NCBI GenBank assembly: GCA_036172245.1
Contig: JAYWIR010000037.1
Span: 1,488,001 to 1,552,000, forward strand
DNA: 64,000 nucleotides
Source of the DNA: Raillietiella orientalis
Lineage: Eukaryota
Reading direction: 5' to 3'
This document shows positions 12,401-23,593 of this stretch, one piece after another. The translations under genes and the position numbers were made by a program. The notes beneath the pieces are model-generated. The model worked only from the letters and a program-made list of their open reading frames with translations, was not told where the DNA came from and ran no database searches. Every line of letters begins with the position of its first letter. Within the stretch, counting starts at the first letter, position 1.

Positions 12401-15400
12401 GTAAGTAAAGAGAAGCTCTTATTCTATTTTCTCCAACCAAGATGCATTTTATCTATAACTTCGGTTTGTGGAATTTGATTTGCTTTCTAAAGATCTGCTC
12501 AGTTCGTAAATCATTACTCGTGATTTTGTATCAGCAGAACACAGAGCGTGTGAGCAGTATGGTGGTACTTCCACTGACTAACCTTTACATATGAATAAGT
12601 TACATGGCTTAAAGACAATCTCAGTGATCAAACTAAAGGAGCAAGACCAGCAAGCGAATTTCCGCGAATACAGTAGATTTTGCAAAGCTTCTTCTGAAGG
12701 CTTCCTGTGACATTCAATGTTTTGATTGAATGAATAAGCATGTGGTACAAATGGTATGGAAAATCAGCAAGCAGCTTGGACCCCTTTTTTCAAGTGTATT
12801 TGAAAATTTGAACCCATGGGATCCAAAAGATCGTTGTTTATGAGAAAATTTCACTTTTTTGAACAGGTACTGCCTCTTGCATCCCTGCATCCCAGCTTTT
12901 AATAGCTCCACATCGATGCTTCGGAGCTCAGTGCAGCACTCCGTGATCTGACTCGAACTTCTGTGAAAATCACGTTGTTGGTCCATTGGAACTGATTGCC
13001 CGCTTCGGTGTCTTTTCCTCGTTCTTTCTTCGGTTCCAGTTTCGTGCAATCTAATTGATTGAACTTTCTACCCCTTCTAGCTTTTTTCCACCTCTGTGTT
13101 TGCTTTTATTCAAAAATCATTACTCACTAAATATGGAGCCGCCTTTTGGGAGCTAATAGCGCTTTGTTTCTGGTGGCAAGATTTGAATTGAAGTCTGACT
13201 TCGAGAGCAATGCTTTGTACTCCTCTGTTTTTAAATGGAGTGCTCAAATTAATAATGATTAGGTTTAATGAATTATGAATACAACAGAGCAGCTTGAAAC
13301 TACATCATCTTTCTTATAATTTCATGAGAAATTCACGCCAGCTATTTCATCCTTATTTTACTTTGAATGATTGGTAGTGTCGAATAGTGTACTTCTCCCA
13401 AATACCAATACTCAGATTGCTTCGAAGAGTAAAATATCGAAGTCCGTAAGTTCAGTGAAGAAGGATAAGGTCTTTCAAATAATGCATAACTTGGTTTCTA
13501 GAAATGCAACGAAAATTAGATTTTGCTCTGATATTCTCTATCTCTGCGAAGATTTAAACTGAAGGTGAATCATCAGGAAGCAAAAATTTGAAAAAGCACA
13601 AAAACACGAAGGAAAAAGAAGACGAAAGAAAAAAGCTCTCGGAATATAGAAGTTTCCATCATACATTCTTAAGATGACAGAAAATTCCAGAACTTTTACC
13701 GAGTCGCAGATAGTTAGTGAAGGCACACTATGCTGAGAAGGTATGAGAGGAAACTGATTTCTCTGTACATTGGCCAATGGACATGATGTAAAAAAAACAT
13801 ATTGAGAAGTCAACTACAGCTTCAGCGTTGTTTACATAAGAACAAACGAGCACAAAGCGATGAAATGTATTTGTCATAGCACAACTGAGCATCTGAAAAG
13901 GAATATAATCTTTATTAATGGGATACGGGATGTTTAGAAAACCGGAAATCATAAAAATCTCATTGGAAAAACATTTTGAAGAGTGAAAAACGATAAGCAG
14001 CACGAAGACAGAAAATGTGGAATGCTCATGTAGGAAATCTGCTAAAAGCAGTGCTGTAAGAATTTTGGAAATTAAAGGTTATAGACATTGGAGGTTGTCA
14101 TCGAGTATCTGTCACATTGTGAAGAACAACGAAAACCAAAAAAAAACAAAAACAAAAACAAATTAATTTCCCCATCATTATGCATCATTTTGTAACAACC
14201 TTAAAACCCGTAGCGGGTAACCAACGCATTCCACATGAAATGGAGTGAAATGCTGGTCGGTCTAAGCTGGAAATATGCCTACGAATCACACTTGGAATGG
14301 ATGGCATCTTATAACGGCGGGTGACATCAATCAGTTCAACAGGATCCCTGTGAGATGCTCTTTCGCCAAAACTCTTGCATCTTAGGAGCCAATTTAGTTC
14401 ATTTGCACTACAGAAATTACTGCTAACAGCAAACTAAATCACCTCCTTAGAGCGGCATACTAACATGACACTGTGGTCTAGGATTCCTGGCTCCAAAGAT
14501 TTAATGCACCGCACAAACAAAACTCAAACGATCCAAATCTTCAACTCTGACTCGGTTATATGGGTGTCGGATATTGCTCAGTGGGCGCGAGCTGAAGAAT
14601 TTTCATCTCATTAAAGGAAGAGGAACACCGTTTTAGTTACTTCCCATCGGTTCATCAAATCAGTTTTTGAAGGAAACGGAAAGGATACATTGCATAGGTT
14701 ACTCTGACTCATTTGGGAAATACACAAGTCTTCAGATTAACTACTGTTTAAAGGATGCTTACCAGACACTCCGATACATCTTATTAGGAACAGTATAGAA
14801 ACTGTATACAGATAAAGATGCATTCAAGTAAAGAGAAACGCAGATCAAGTCTCTGATAAATTAAGATTCCGAAATCGAGTATGAAAAGACTAGAAAGCAG
14901 GCTTTTTAAACACTGCAAAACAGTATGCCGGACAACGCGCCGGTGTTCCAAAAAAACAGCTGCCAGAAAGCTGGAAAACGTTCGTTCTTCGGGGGGCAAT
15001 GTGATGAACCGCCCATATTTGACGTCGGGATGTTATTGTGCTTCACCGTCGTAAGAATCACAGATACGCAAGTTGTATTAAGGTCGGAGTTTTTTTTACA
15101 AACGAATTCTGAAGGCATGCGTACATCAGCAACATTTGGAAATGTGGCAGCCAACATCCCAACAAACTTGTGGAGCACTTTTGAAGTATAAGGAACAAAT
15201 AATCGAGAGGGAATTTCCTGAAGTCTGGGAGAATTTAAGAACTTCTGATCTATCAAGAATTTCATACACTTTAGAAGTTCTCAAATTTCTCCGGAATTCA
15301 GGAAATTTCCTCCCCAGGATAATAAGCTCAGGGACACAAGTTCCTCACATGTTCAATTTAGGAACTTCGAAATTTGCAGGTCGCCGTCAATCGCATGCAG

Positions 15401-16571
15401 CCGTAGTTGGTTTATGCCACACAAATCCTTATCAACTCAGAACTACTACTCATTAGAATTCACGGTCAGGTCATTTTCATTTGAAGAATTCCTGCATGTG
15501 ACGCTTCCTTTGAAGAGACCCCATCAAAATGATTTCCAGTTCAAGATATAAAAATCTTATTCTTCGCCACAGTTGCTTCACATTGGAAGACTGCATTCTC
15601 AAGAGTAAATCTTCCTGGAGTCAGAGAGATTATCTGTTAGAATCAGGCCATCCTTCATCCTAATAGCAACTTCTAATCGAATGTCAAAGAAAGAACCATG
15701 AAATGAAATTCTTGGCATCGGCAAATAAAATCCCAGTGAGCTCTTAAATGGCTCCTATTGAGAATGGTGCCGCCTGATTGATTTTGAAATTTTTTCATGA
15801 GGGAGTATTTGGATAGCATCCACTTTACCGGAGCATGATTTTTTATTTCGCATGTTGGACGGAAGTTTCCAATAAAACGGACCCTTTAATTTCAGCATCC
15901 CCAAGAGTGAATTTCAGTTCAGCCTCCATCACTGTGTGACTGCGAATTACAGTGAGGAACAAAGATAGAATAGAAAACAATTAAAATATGGTGGTCGATT
16001 TTTCATTCTTCTGGAAACGCATCTGCTGCTTGCACAAAGGATTCAGAGCTTCTGGGACGCACAAGAAACAACCTTCGATGGAGGACCAAGAAATTAAAGA
16101 AACTATTCCATATGGAAAGAAATTGATCTGCAAGCTTTTCTCTATTGAGTAGCCGCATAATTGTTCGCAAGAGTTTCTGCGGTGTTGCAAGGAATCCGGG
16201 TTTTAGAAATGCAACGGAACTCCACTGTTAATGAAATGCTCTACGGATCATTAAAACTCATAATTTGCAGAGTATTCACTGACCCTGTATTCAACTAATA
16301 AGTTAATAACTTTGATATGTTTAATAATCAGTAGCTAAATTAAGCCTTTAAGTATACAGTCTCATCACTGCTTACGCACATCACGTTACCAAGCAACTAG
16401 TCTTCCCAAAGTGGCTCCAATTGGTCCCCGAGTGTTATTCTCACTGGAATCTGTTTCTTGATTCATCTGAACTGTAATAACCTATAATTAATCAGCAGCG
16501 CAGGTTTCAGGCTTGATTACCTGTAGCGGCATCCGATGCACGGCCTAGCTGATTCTGTTCAAATGATCATC

Positions 16572-16810
16572 AGATGCTCTCTTGCAAAGTCCACATGAAA
16601 GCTTTATGTGGATTATGTTTGACTACACAAAAAGTATATCATTGTCACAATCTTGATTTCCATTCAATTTAGGAACTTCGAAATTTCCAGGTCGCCGTCA
16701 ATCGCATGCAGTCATAGAGTGACAGTCTGTTGCAGAAACTCTTGCGATCTGTATAGTCTGGATTCTTGTAAAGATGCTCTCTTACAAAGTCCACATGAAA
16801 GCTCTGTATG
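16572..16810. repeat. Mosaic of locally duplicated segments bounded by a 39 bp direct repeat
   Basis: 16572-16610 matches 16772-16810 (4 mismatches). 16610-16652 equals 18995-19037 (43/43). 16663-16717 matches 15352-15406 (52/55). 16732-16747 is the reverse complement of 16165-16180 (16/16). Confidence 0.92.
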
Positions 16811-17299
16811 CTTCTTATTTCCCTTACCTTTCTCTTCGCGTCATGAACTTTTCAATGACCCTCAAAATTAGGCTGCGTTTTTGCTTTTTCTTCCTTTCTT
16901 TCCTCCACTTGTTCTTCCCGAGAAAGTGAAATCCCTTTAAAAAAACAAAGCTTCCTCAGTACTTGAAATCTCACGCGTAGCAGTGGCAACGGAACATCCA
17001 GAGGCACAACAGAATCATGAACCACACTACTTGTGACCACCTGAGTCATGTTTCAGTGATTCTCTACATGAGTTCTGCTCACAACAACAGCAGCGTATGC
17101 AAGGAGGATGTAACGCATCTTTGACAAGCGAAGTTACTCAGATCATGAGTCGTAACTGTTAGTTTTACAGCAACCTCGAGAACGCCAACAGGTGCCTGCA
17201 TGCTCAGCATGCGAGAAAGATGAGCAATGGTAGGGATGGTAGGGATCCTCGCTTTACTGGCAGCTCGGAAGGTAATTCTGGAAGTGCTTATTCATTCCA

Positions 17300-18010
17300 T
17301 GTTTTTGGTATGGAATAGGATGTGCGTCTCTCATTGCAGGCACCAGAATCAAACCTCGTCCTGCGCTGAGCAGCATGGGCCTGTTCTATCCAATGGAGAA
17401 CACTTTGGGTTTACGGATTTTATCCATGCGGACCGGACCGCCGCCTGCACAGTCATAGTACATTAGAGACAGGACTAATAGCTCATTCAGGAGTTGTGAA
17501 AGATGGGAGGATCTGCTAGGTCTCACTGAAAAGAGTCATGATGTGACCAACAGCAAGAGCAATAACCCTCTGTAAGTCGGTAGCTGCTCTGACCAAACTA
17601 CTCTGAAAAGAAACAGATTCAAAGTTCAAGCCAGATTTATTGCTACAGAGAAAATGGAAGGTAGTCATGCTGCAGATCTTTCAATTGGAATATTTATCAA
17701 CAGCGCTAGAGGGCGCAGCGCAGGAGCAAGCTCCGAAAAATTTTCCTGCACTCTTCCTCTAAAGGAGTGGTCTGTACCGTAAGGACAATTGTTCCTGAAT
17801 CTCTGCGATCCGACCAGCCATGAAGCGTTGAGAGAACTGAAACTTTTCTGGAAGCAGGCGGAGTACATCAGAAAAGAAATGGTGTCACGGCAGTGGTCTC
17901 AGAATGCCTGCTGGAGGCACCTGCTGGATCATGTCGCGTTAGGAAAAAACACCCGTAACTTGAAAGTGCTTGAAACCCTCCCTTCGGTCTGCTGCATCCC
18001 GTTTTAAAAA
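17300..18010 (+). mobile_element. Decayed L1/Tx1-like ORF2 remnant (RT thumb and FxW region)
   Basis: GIFI (~17690) and LFWKQAEYIRKEMV (ORF 17789) resemble the LGI and FxW...RI motifs. Weak. Confidence 0.35.
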
Positions 18011-18115
18011 TTGCTTTATCGTTCCCCATTTTCGTCTATGCTCCTCGAAGGCCAGGAAAGATGCGAAGGGCTCAAGGCGTTCTCGTAGGTTTGCCGTATC
18101 GTTGCTGCCGGCTGT

Positions 18116-18436
18116 TTGTCACCCGGGTGCGCCGGGGCGTTTATTACAAACTATCCGGGAACAGAGTTCCCGGACAAAGGGGAAAACAAGATACGAAGGG
18201 GGTGGGATCCCCGACACGCAGGTCGGTATGCTGAAAGTCCGGAACGAAAGGGAGGGGACCACAAATACACTACTATAAAAAATAAAAATAAAAATATGGA
18301 GGGCAGGGGACAGGGGTCTTTGGTGAGTCCGTTCCTTCCTTTCAAAACCGGCGATGGATGCCGGCGATCTCTCTCCTTACGTCCTGTGGAAGATGGGCCC
18401 ACTCGGCAGCCGACGACATGCATGCGCTGGCTAATC
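18116..18436 (-). mobile_element. Family A young 5'-truncated copy (~320 bp)
   Basis: Highly similar to 28670-28973. Perfect 16 bp TSD CGTTGCTGCCGGCTGT at 18100-18115 and 18437-18452. No poly(A). Confidence 0.95.
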
Positions 18437-20399
18437 CGTTGCTGCCGGCTGTAAGATACAACAACGGAAACTCTTCAACAAGCACGTATGAAGATGGATG
18501 CACGCCGAACATGTTTGAGGAAGTACCATCGATGAGACACAGTTCTAGTCAGATTTAGCAAGTTGTGGCAAGTACCTCCGTCCACCTGGCCAAAAGGTTG
18601 GCGGAAGAAAGCTTCCTAAGATGTTGTCATCTTGCAAAATGGGCACTAGTTGATGCAGTGGCTGAATTAGATAAATCAAATGAAAGTAGTGGCAAAGACT
18701 CAACAGTGCTGCTTTTGCGGGACAACTTGGGACATCTGCTGCAAGGACAGAGGATGGGTAGCAAAAAGGGGGCCATAATTAATTGCTGCATTCGGTTGTA
18801 TCAGTTCCAAAAATAAAAGCTCAATATCAAGTAATATAATGATTATATTCAGCAGCCTTGGCAAGCAGCGCATCACACTCCTTTGCTCAACAGAACTGCT
18901 GTTTTTGTGTGCCATGCTTGGCTTATGCAATCTTAGGTACTTGTGCTGCGGTGCAGAAGAGTTTCCTACTTTTTGTATAGTCAAACAAAATGTCGGATTA
19001 TGTTTGACTACACAAAAAGTATATCATTGTCACAATCCTTTTGTCATTGTTTGTTGTATGTCCTTAAATAAGGAGTCCTACAAATAAACACGCTAGCACT
19101 GGGAAAAAAAAGATACTACGAAGAGGAATGATTCTTACATCATATTCCTAAGAACGTCTTTGACGTTCTAAGAAGATGTGGATTCCTTGTTCTTAGGATG
19201 AACATATTGTTGATGTGGGAATGCGTGAAATACTAAATATGAGCCATGCATCTGAAAAACGCCATTAGTCTGTCTTCGTGCAGTTCTGTACGGCTATGTA
19301 GCTGCCCTCCAGATCTTTGAGTATAAACTGCTCAAATTCCATCTTCAAAGTTTCCTTGTAACAACCAAACGAGTGATGCAGTTTAGGAGCCAGAGCAAAA
19401 GAGGAAATCTGGTAAGCTTTATAAGGAACTTCTGAATATCTGTTCTTCTGAATGCCTTTTGAGCGCACTTTTGAGTCTTTGCTTCTCCTTGAAAGCATCA
19501 ATCGTATTTTCGGTAACCTGATCGTTCGGATGGGTTTCCCGGAAACATTCTGCTCCACGTCACGAAACTGCAATTTTCAAAACTCGACAGACATTCAGAA
19601 GAATGCAACTGTAAAATTTTGCTGCTGCTGAAAAATGTGATGTCTCTTTGAAGAAATATCAGATCGAGATGATTCCGATTGCGAAATTCGTTGGGTGCGA
19701 AATGATTGCAGATGAAACTCGTAAGTACTCAGTTTTGAAGAAAAGTACTGTGCTTTTAGCTCTGTGCTGGGTTTAATCATGGTTACCTTCATTCATTATG
19801 ATTGCTATTGGTTTCACTCACTACAGCTGAATTGCAACTGCGTCTTTCACGGATATTGAAGTAAGTGCATAAGCTGTATACTGGCTCAAAGCAATGAGAA
19901 GTGATGAGACTGTATACTTCTTACCTCAACTCGCATCTGTATGACAATTACCTGTCATCTTAAATTCCTTCGGAGACATTACAATTATCTCTTTTGAATT
20001 CCAATTTGGAATGCAATTCACATGTATCGTTGGAATTGCAATGTCTAACGACCACACTCTACATGATAGAAAACTCAAATTCGATTAACTTGCATGTTTG
20101 ACAATGTACAATTTCTAATGCAACTGTTTTTGATCGATTTTTCGTATTAGGGAATGGTCCATATTTCTTGATTCTGTCATGTCTTTTCTCTCTCCATGGA
20201 GCATACGGCCATTTCATGGTGTATCTTCTGTTTTGTCTGGCAAGTGAAATTCAAAACTATCATGAATCTGGACTTATCACGACTTGTTGCAACTGCATCC
20301 TGATCAAGATAAACCAGCTTCCTAGGATAGGGTCCAAGAGAAGCAATATATTCATATACTATAAATAAAGAACCCAGCAATTCCAGAATGAGGAATCAC

Positions 20400-21450
20400 T
20401 CTGGAATGAAATTTCGCTGTCATCCGTATTATAATTTATACATTTGGACGCTAATAAGCTGCACGCTAATCTCGATTGCTCCGTTTCCAGTCCACCTAAA
20501 CATAAGGGTGCCAAGCAGGGAAGCGTGGTTTCAGAGTAAGTGTGCGGAGAAAATCCTCTCTGCACCTGTAAAGTGGATTGTGCTGCCCTTCAGCGTGTAT
20601 CAGTCTTGCTACAGCCTCCAGATCATGGTGGACAATCTGTTTGGACGTAATGAAGTGCCTCCACGTGAGACGTGCAGTGTCCACTGCCGCGCATCATCTC
20701 TTCCCAGGGTACTCCATAAAGGATTATTTTTTAATTTACTAATTTTTTTCTTCCTTCTCCTTACCTTCGCACAAAGGACCTCCCATTGCAGCTGGCTAGT
20801 CACACGGCATCTTCCTTCCAGTGGTTAGGAGAACTCGTAAGGAACCTGCAGGCCAACTAATGTTGCGTGTTCTTTGTCCACAATAAAAAGAAGGTATTTC
20901 GGTGTTCAAGGTGAACAGTGCGGATCTGGAGATCCCTACATCCATCCAGGAGCTACTGAAATCAGCAAATATGAGTTGGAGAAATTGCTTCTTACATATA
21001 CTGTGTGCCACTTGCAGTTTACGACTACATGGGAAAGGTAGAAAGCATTCCGTTTCTGTTTCAAAAGCCGTTAAAAAAGTCAACATCGAGGAAGTAGAGG
21101 GAGTGAGATGTTGAGCTCTCAGAAATGTTTCAGCTGGTCGTCTAAACTGGTACAGTAAGGGTTGTTGTATTCATCGCTCTATTATACTTTCATCGGAAGA
21201 GATGAATAGCTACTTGAAATTCATAGCGCAAGCAAATAGGATCTGACTCTCATACAGTCTTGGAAGATTCTTTCTATCCATAGTCCATCATTCCTCTAAG
21301 AGAAAGTGAATTTCTTTATGCATGGTAGTAATTTTTGATGCCCAAAGGCTACTTGTTGCTCAGTGGCTGATGTTTTTGCAGATGCAGTTGAACTTCTTCT
21401 AGCACCTTTCCACGGGAAACACGAAGACACTGTATCCCGAGTTCATCTTA
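20400..21450 (-). mobile_element. Decayed L1/Tx1-like ORF2 3' half
   Basis: Minus-strand LGI (~21340), a GG.G.PD-like patch (~20930-20950) and W...LRPNRLSTMIWRL (zf-RVT-like, ORF 20609-20803) occur in the expected order. Confidence 0.45.
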
Positions 21451-22099
21451 TGGATCAGATTGTTCTTCCACTTCGTCATTTTCATCAGTGAATTAAGGGT
21501 ATGGAAGCGATGATTGTCAAAACTGAGTGGAAAATATGAAAAAAAATATTGAGAAAATTATTAATTCATATTGAGAAAAAAAGCCGACCAGATCTAGTGA
21601 GATCTAATGTGATTTACGTGTGCAGGAAAGAATGGAAACTTTTGAATCCGCCGTCTGTTGACACAGATTTCCGCTCGTTTGGGATATTTGCTTCTTGCGA
21701 ATGAGAATGGCCACCTCTTTTTCTCACAGTTGGATTTATCAAGCACCACCAAAATGATCTGCTTTTATCAAGTCTCTCCGGAGAATTGGAGCACGCAGAT
21801 ATTTTTTTGGTAGACGTGATGCTGCCAAGACGTTTGTTAGAAACGTTGGAAAAATCCAACTTTAGAAGTGAAACGAGGAGGATGCACTCATTTTTGTACG
21901 TCCTTTGGCATAACTTTGCTAGTACGATCACTTGCTTATTTCTTTGTCTGAATTTCCCGTCCTCATCATCAGCCGCAGTAACATGGACCAGCCTGAACGC
22001 GAAGCACATGCTTTGAAAATCTCAGGATTTTTTTTCGGTTTCGCATGGAACAATTTCCTTTCTCACGTTGTCTTTACCGGAAATTCTTGTGAACGTGGT

Positions 22100-22400
22100 G
22101 CATCTGAGAACCAACCAGGCGGGCTGGAGAAATCAAGGCAGGTCACTGATCGGAGATGCAAAGCTGGGAAGCAAGTCACCAAATGGGATTTGCTTTTTCC
22201 TTCCATCTGGAGTGCGTGGCCTCTTGAGGAATCCCCAGCTGCTTGCCTCCGAACTTCCACTGTTTGTTTTCCGTTTAAAATTATGCGGTTTGTCATGGGC
22301 ACTGCACTGGAAATGGGGAAGACAGAGAGCGCGGGAGATGGGTCTCGTTGCCCCAGCTTTCAATTAGGGATGGTCGATGGTAAGCGTGAATCTTAGAACG
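22100..22400 (-). mobile_element. Short non-LTR RT remnant
   Basis: TNRIILNGKQTVEVRRQ resembles the I.lNG....GVRQG RT segment. Confidence 0.35.
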
Positions 22401-22953
22401 TGAATGTGGGCGCGTATTCATGTAAGGAAGGGCAGAGAACCCCTTGTAATACCAGTTCATGTAGGTTCAATATGCAAACTCATTTGGATCACAGACCTCA
22501 TATGATTTTTGTGTCTGAAATCACATCTGTCGGTGTCTGAATTTCAAATTAATTTTTTTTTTTACTTTTCTAGAAGACCAAATTGGAAATACCATCAACG
22601 AGGATTTTTTTTAAATCGAAATTCCGCCTGAATCGAAAGCGAAATCGTAGAGACGAAATATGTGGATCGGCGACTAAAAAAAGAAATCCAACCATGTCCA
22701 GAGAACAAAAATCACTATTATTTTTAATTTGAAGATACTTCATATGTTCTAGAGCAGGATATGCAGGCGTTTCCAGTTCATGTAAAGAATTTCCATGATA
22801 TCCCGTCGTTACTCACCATTCAACTGATGCGGAAGAAAATTTGGAGCTTCGCACGTTCCACTTATTAATAAATATGCAAAGAGACATGAGAAATTTTAGT
22901 TAAACTGACAAGCACGGAAGAAAGATGCAGCAACATCTTAATGGGTACCTCAA

Positions 22954-23593
22954 TTTTCCCCAAAACCCACAAGGGGTGGGGTGAATTTATTTTTGCATTT
23001 TTAAACATTCATACTATAGTTTCATTCGCACAATCACTTTCGCTTCACTTGAAGGTCCGTTGGGATATTCAAAGTTCTGCATTCAGGGTGGGTTTCCAGA
23101 TGTTTGGTTCCGGGCGTCGTCCTCAATCCTCTTCAGGATGAATCGGTACGTCCAGGCTTGGAGTCGTCCACAGTTCCTGATTCCAATCTCCCTGCGGATA
23201 AGTCCTTGTAGGATCTCCATGGGGGTTCTGGTTCTCCTGGCTTTTCTCATATTCCACCACCGCACACGTATGGCGGTGAAGAGGGCAATGGTCATCCTCA
23301 CCATGGGATTGTAACAGGGAACATTACCATCTCCCTGAAACATCCCGGCGAGGATTTCCATCACAGACTTGTTGTTGTGTCCTATGATCCTTTTCAGGAT
23401 CAGCCAGTCTCGTAGCAAAGTGGGACACGTCAAGATGTGTAGTCTCGTATCGATGTCTCCACATGCCGTGCAGTCTTCATCTTCCCTTCTCCCTGTGAAG
23501 TGCTTGAGCCTGGACCCGGTCTGGATTCCTCCATGGTAGAACATCAGGAGGTCGTCCAGAGTGTCCAGCGCAAGGTCACTCCTCCAGAGTACC
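22954..23593 (-). mobile_element. Family B L1/Tx1-like young 5'-truncated copy (640 bp) with open C-terminal CCHC-type frame
   Basis: ORF 23083-23544 contains HGGIQTG...CTACGDIDTRLHILTC...W. Perfect 15 bp TSD TAATGGGTACCTCAA at 22939-22953 and 23594-23608. It ends in AATAAA, a GC hairpin and A4. Confidence 0.92.
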
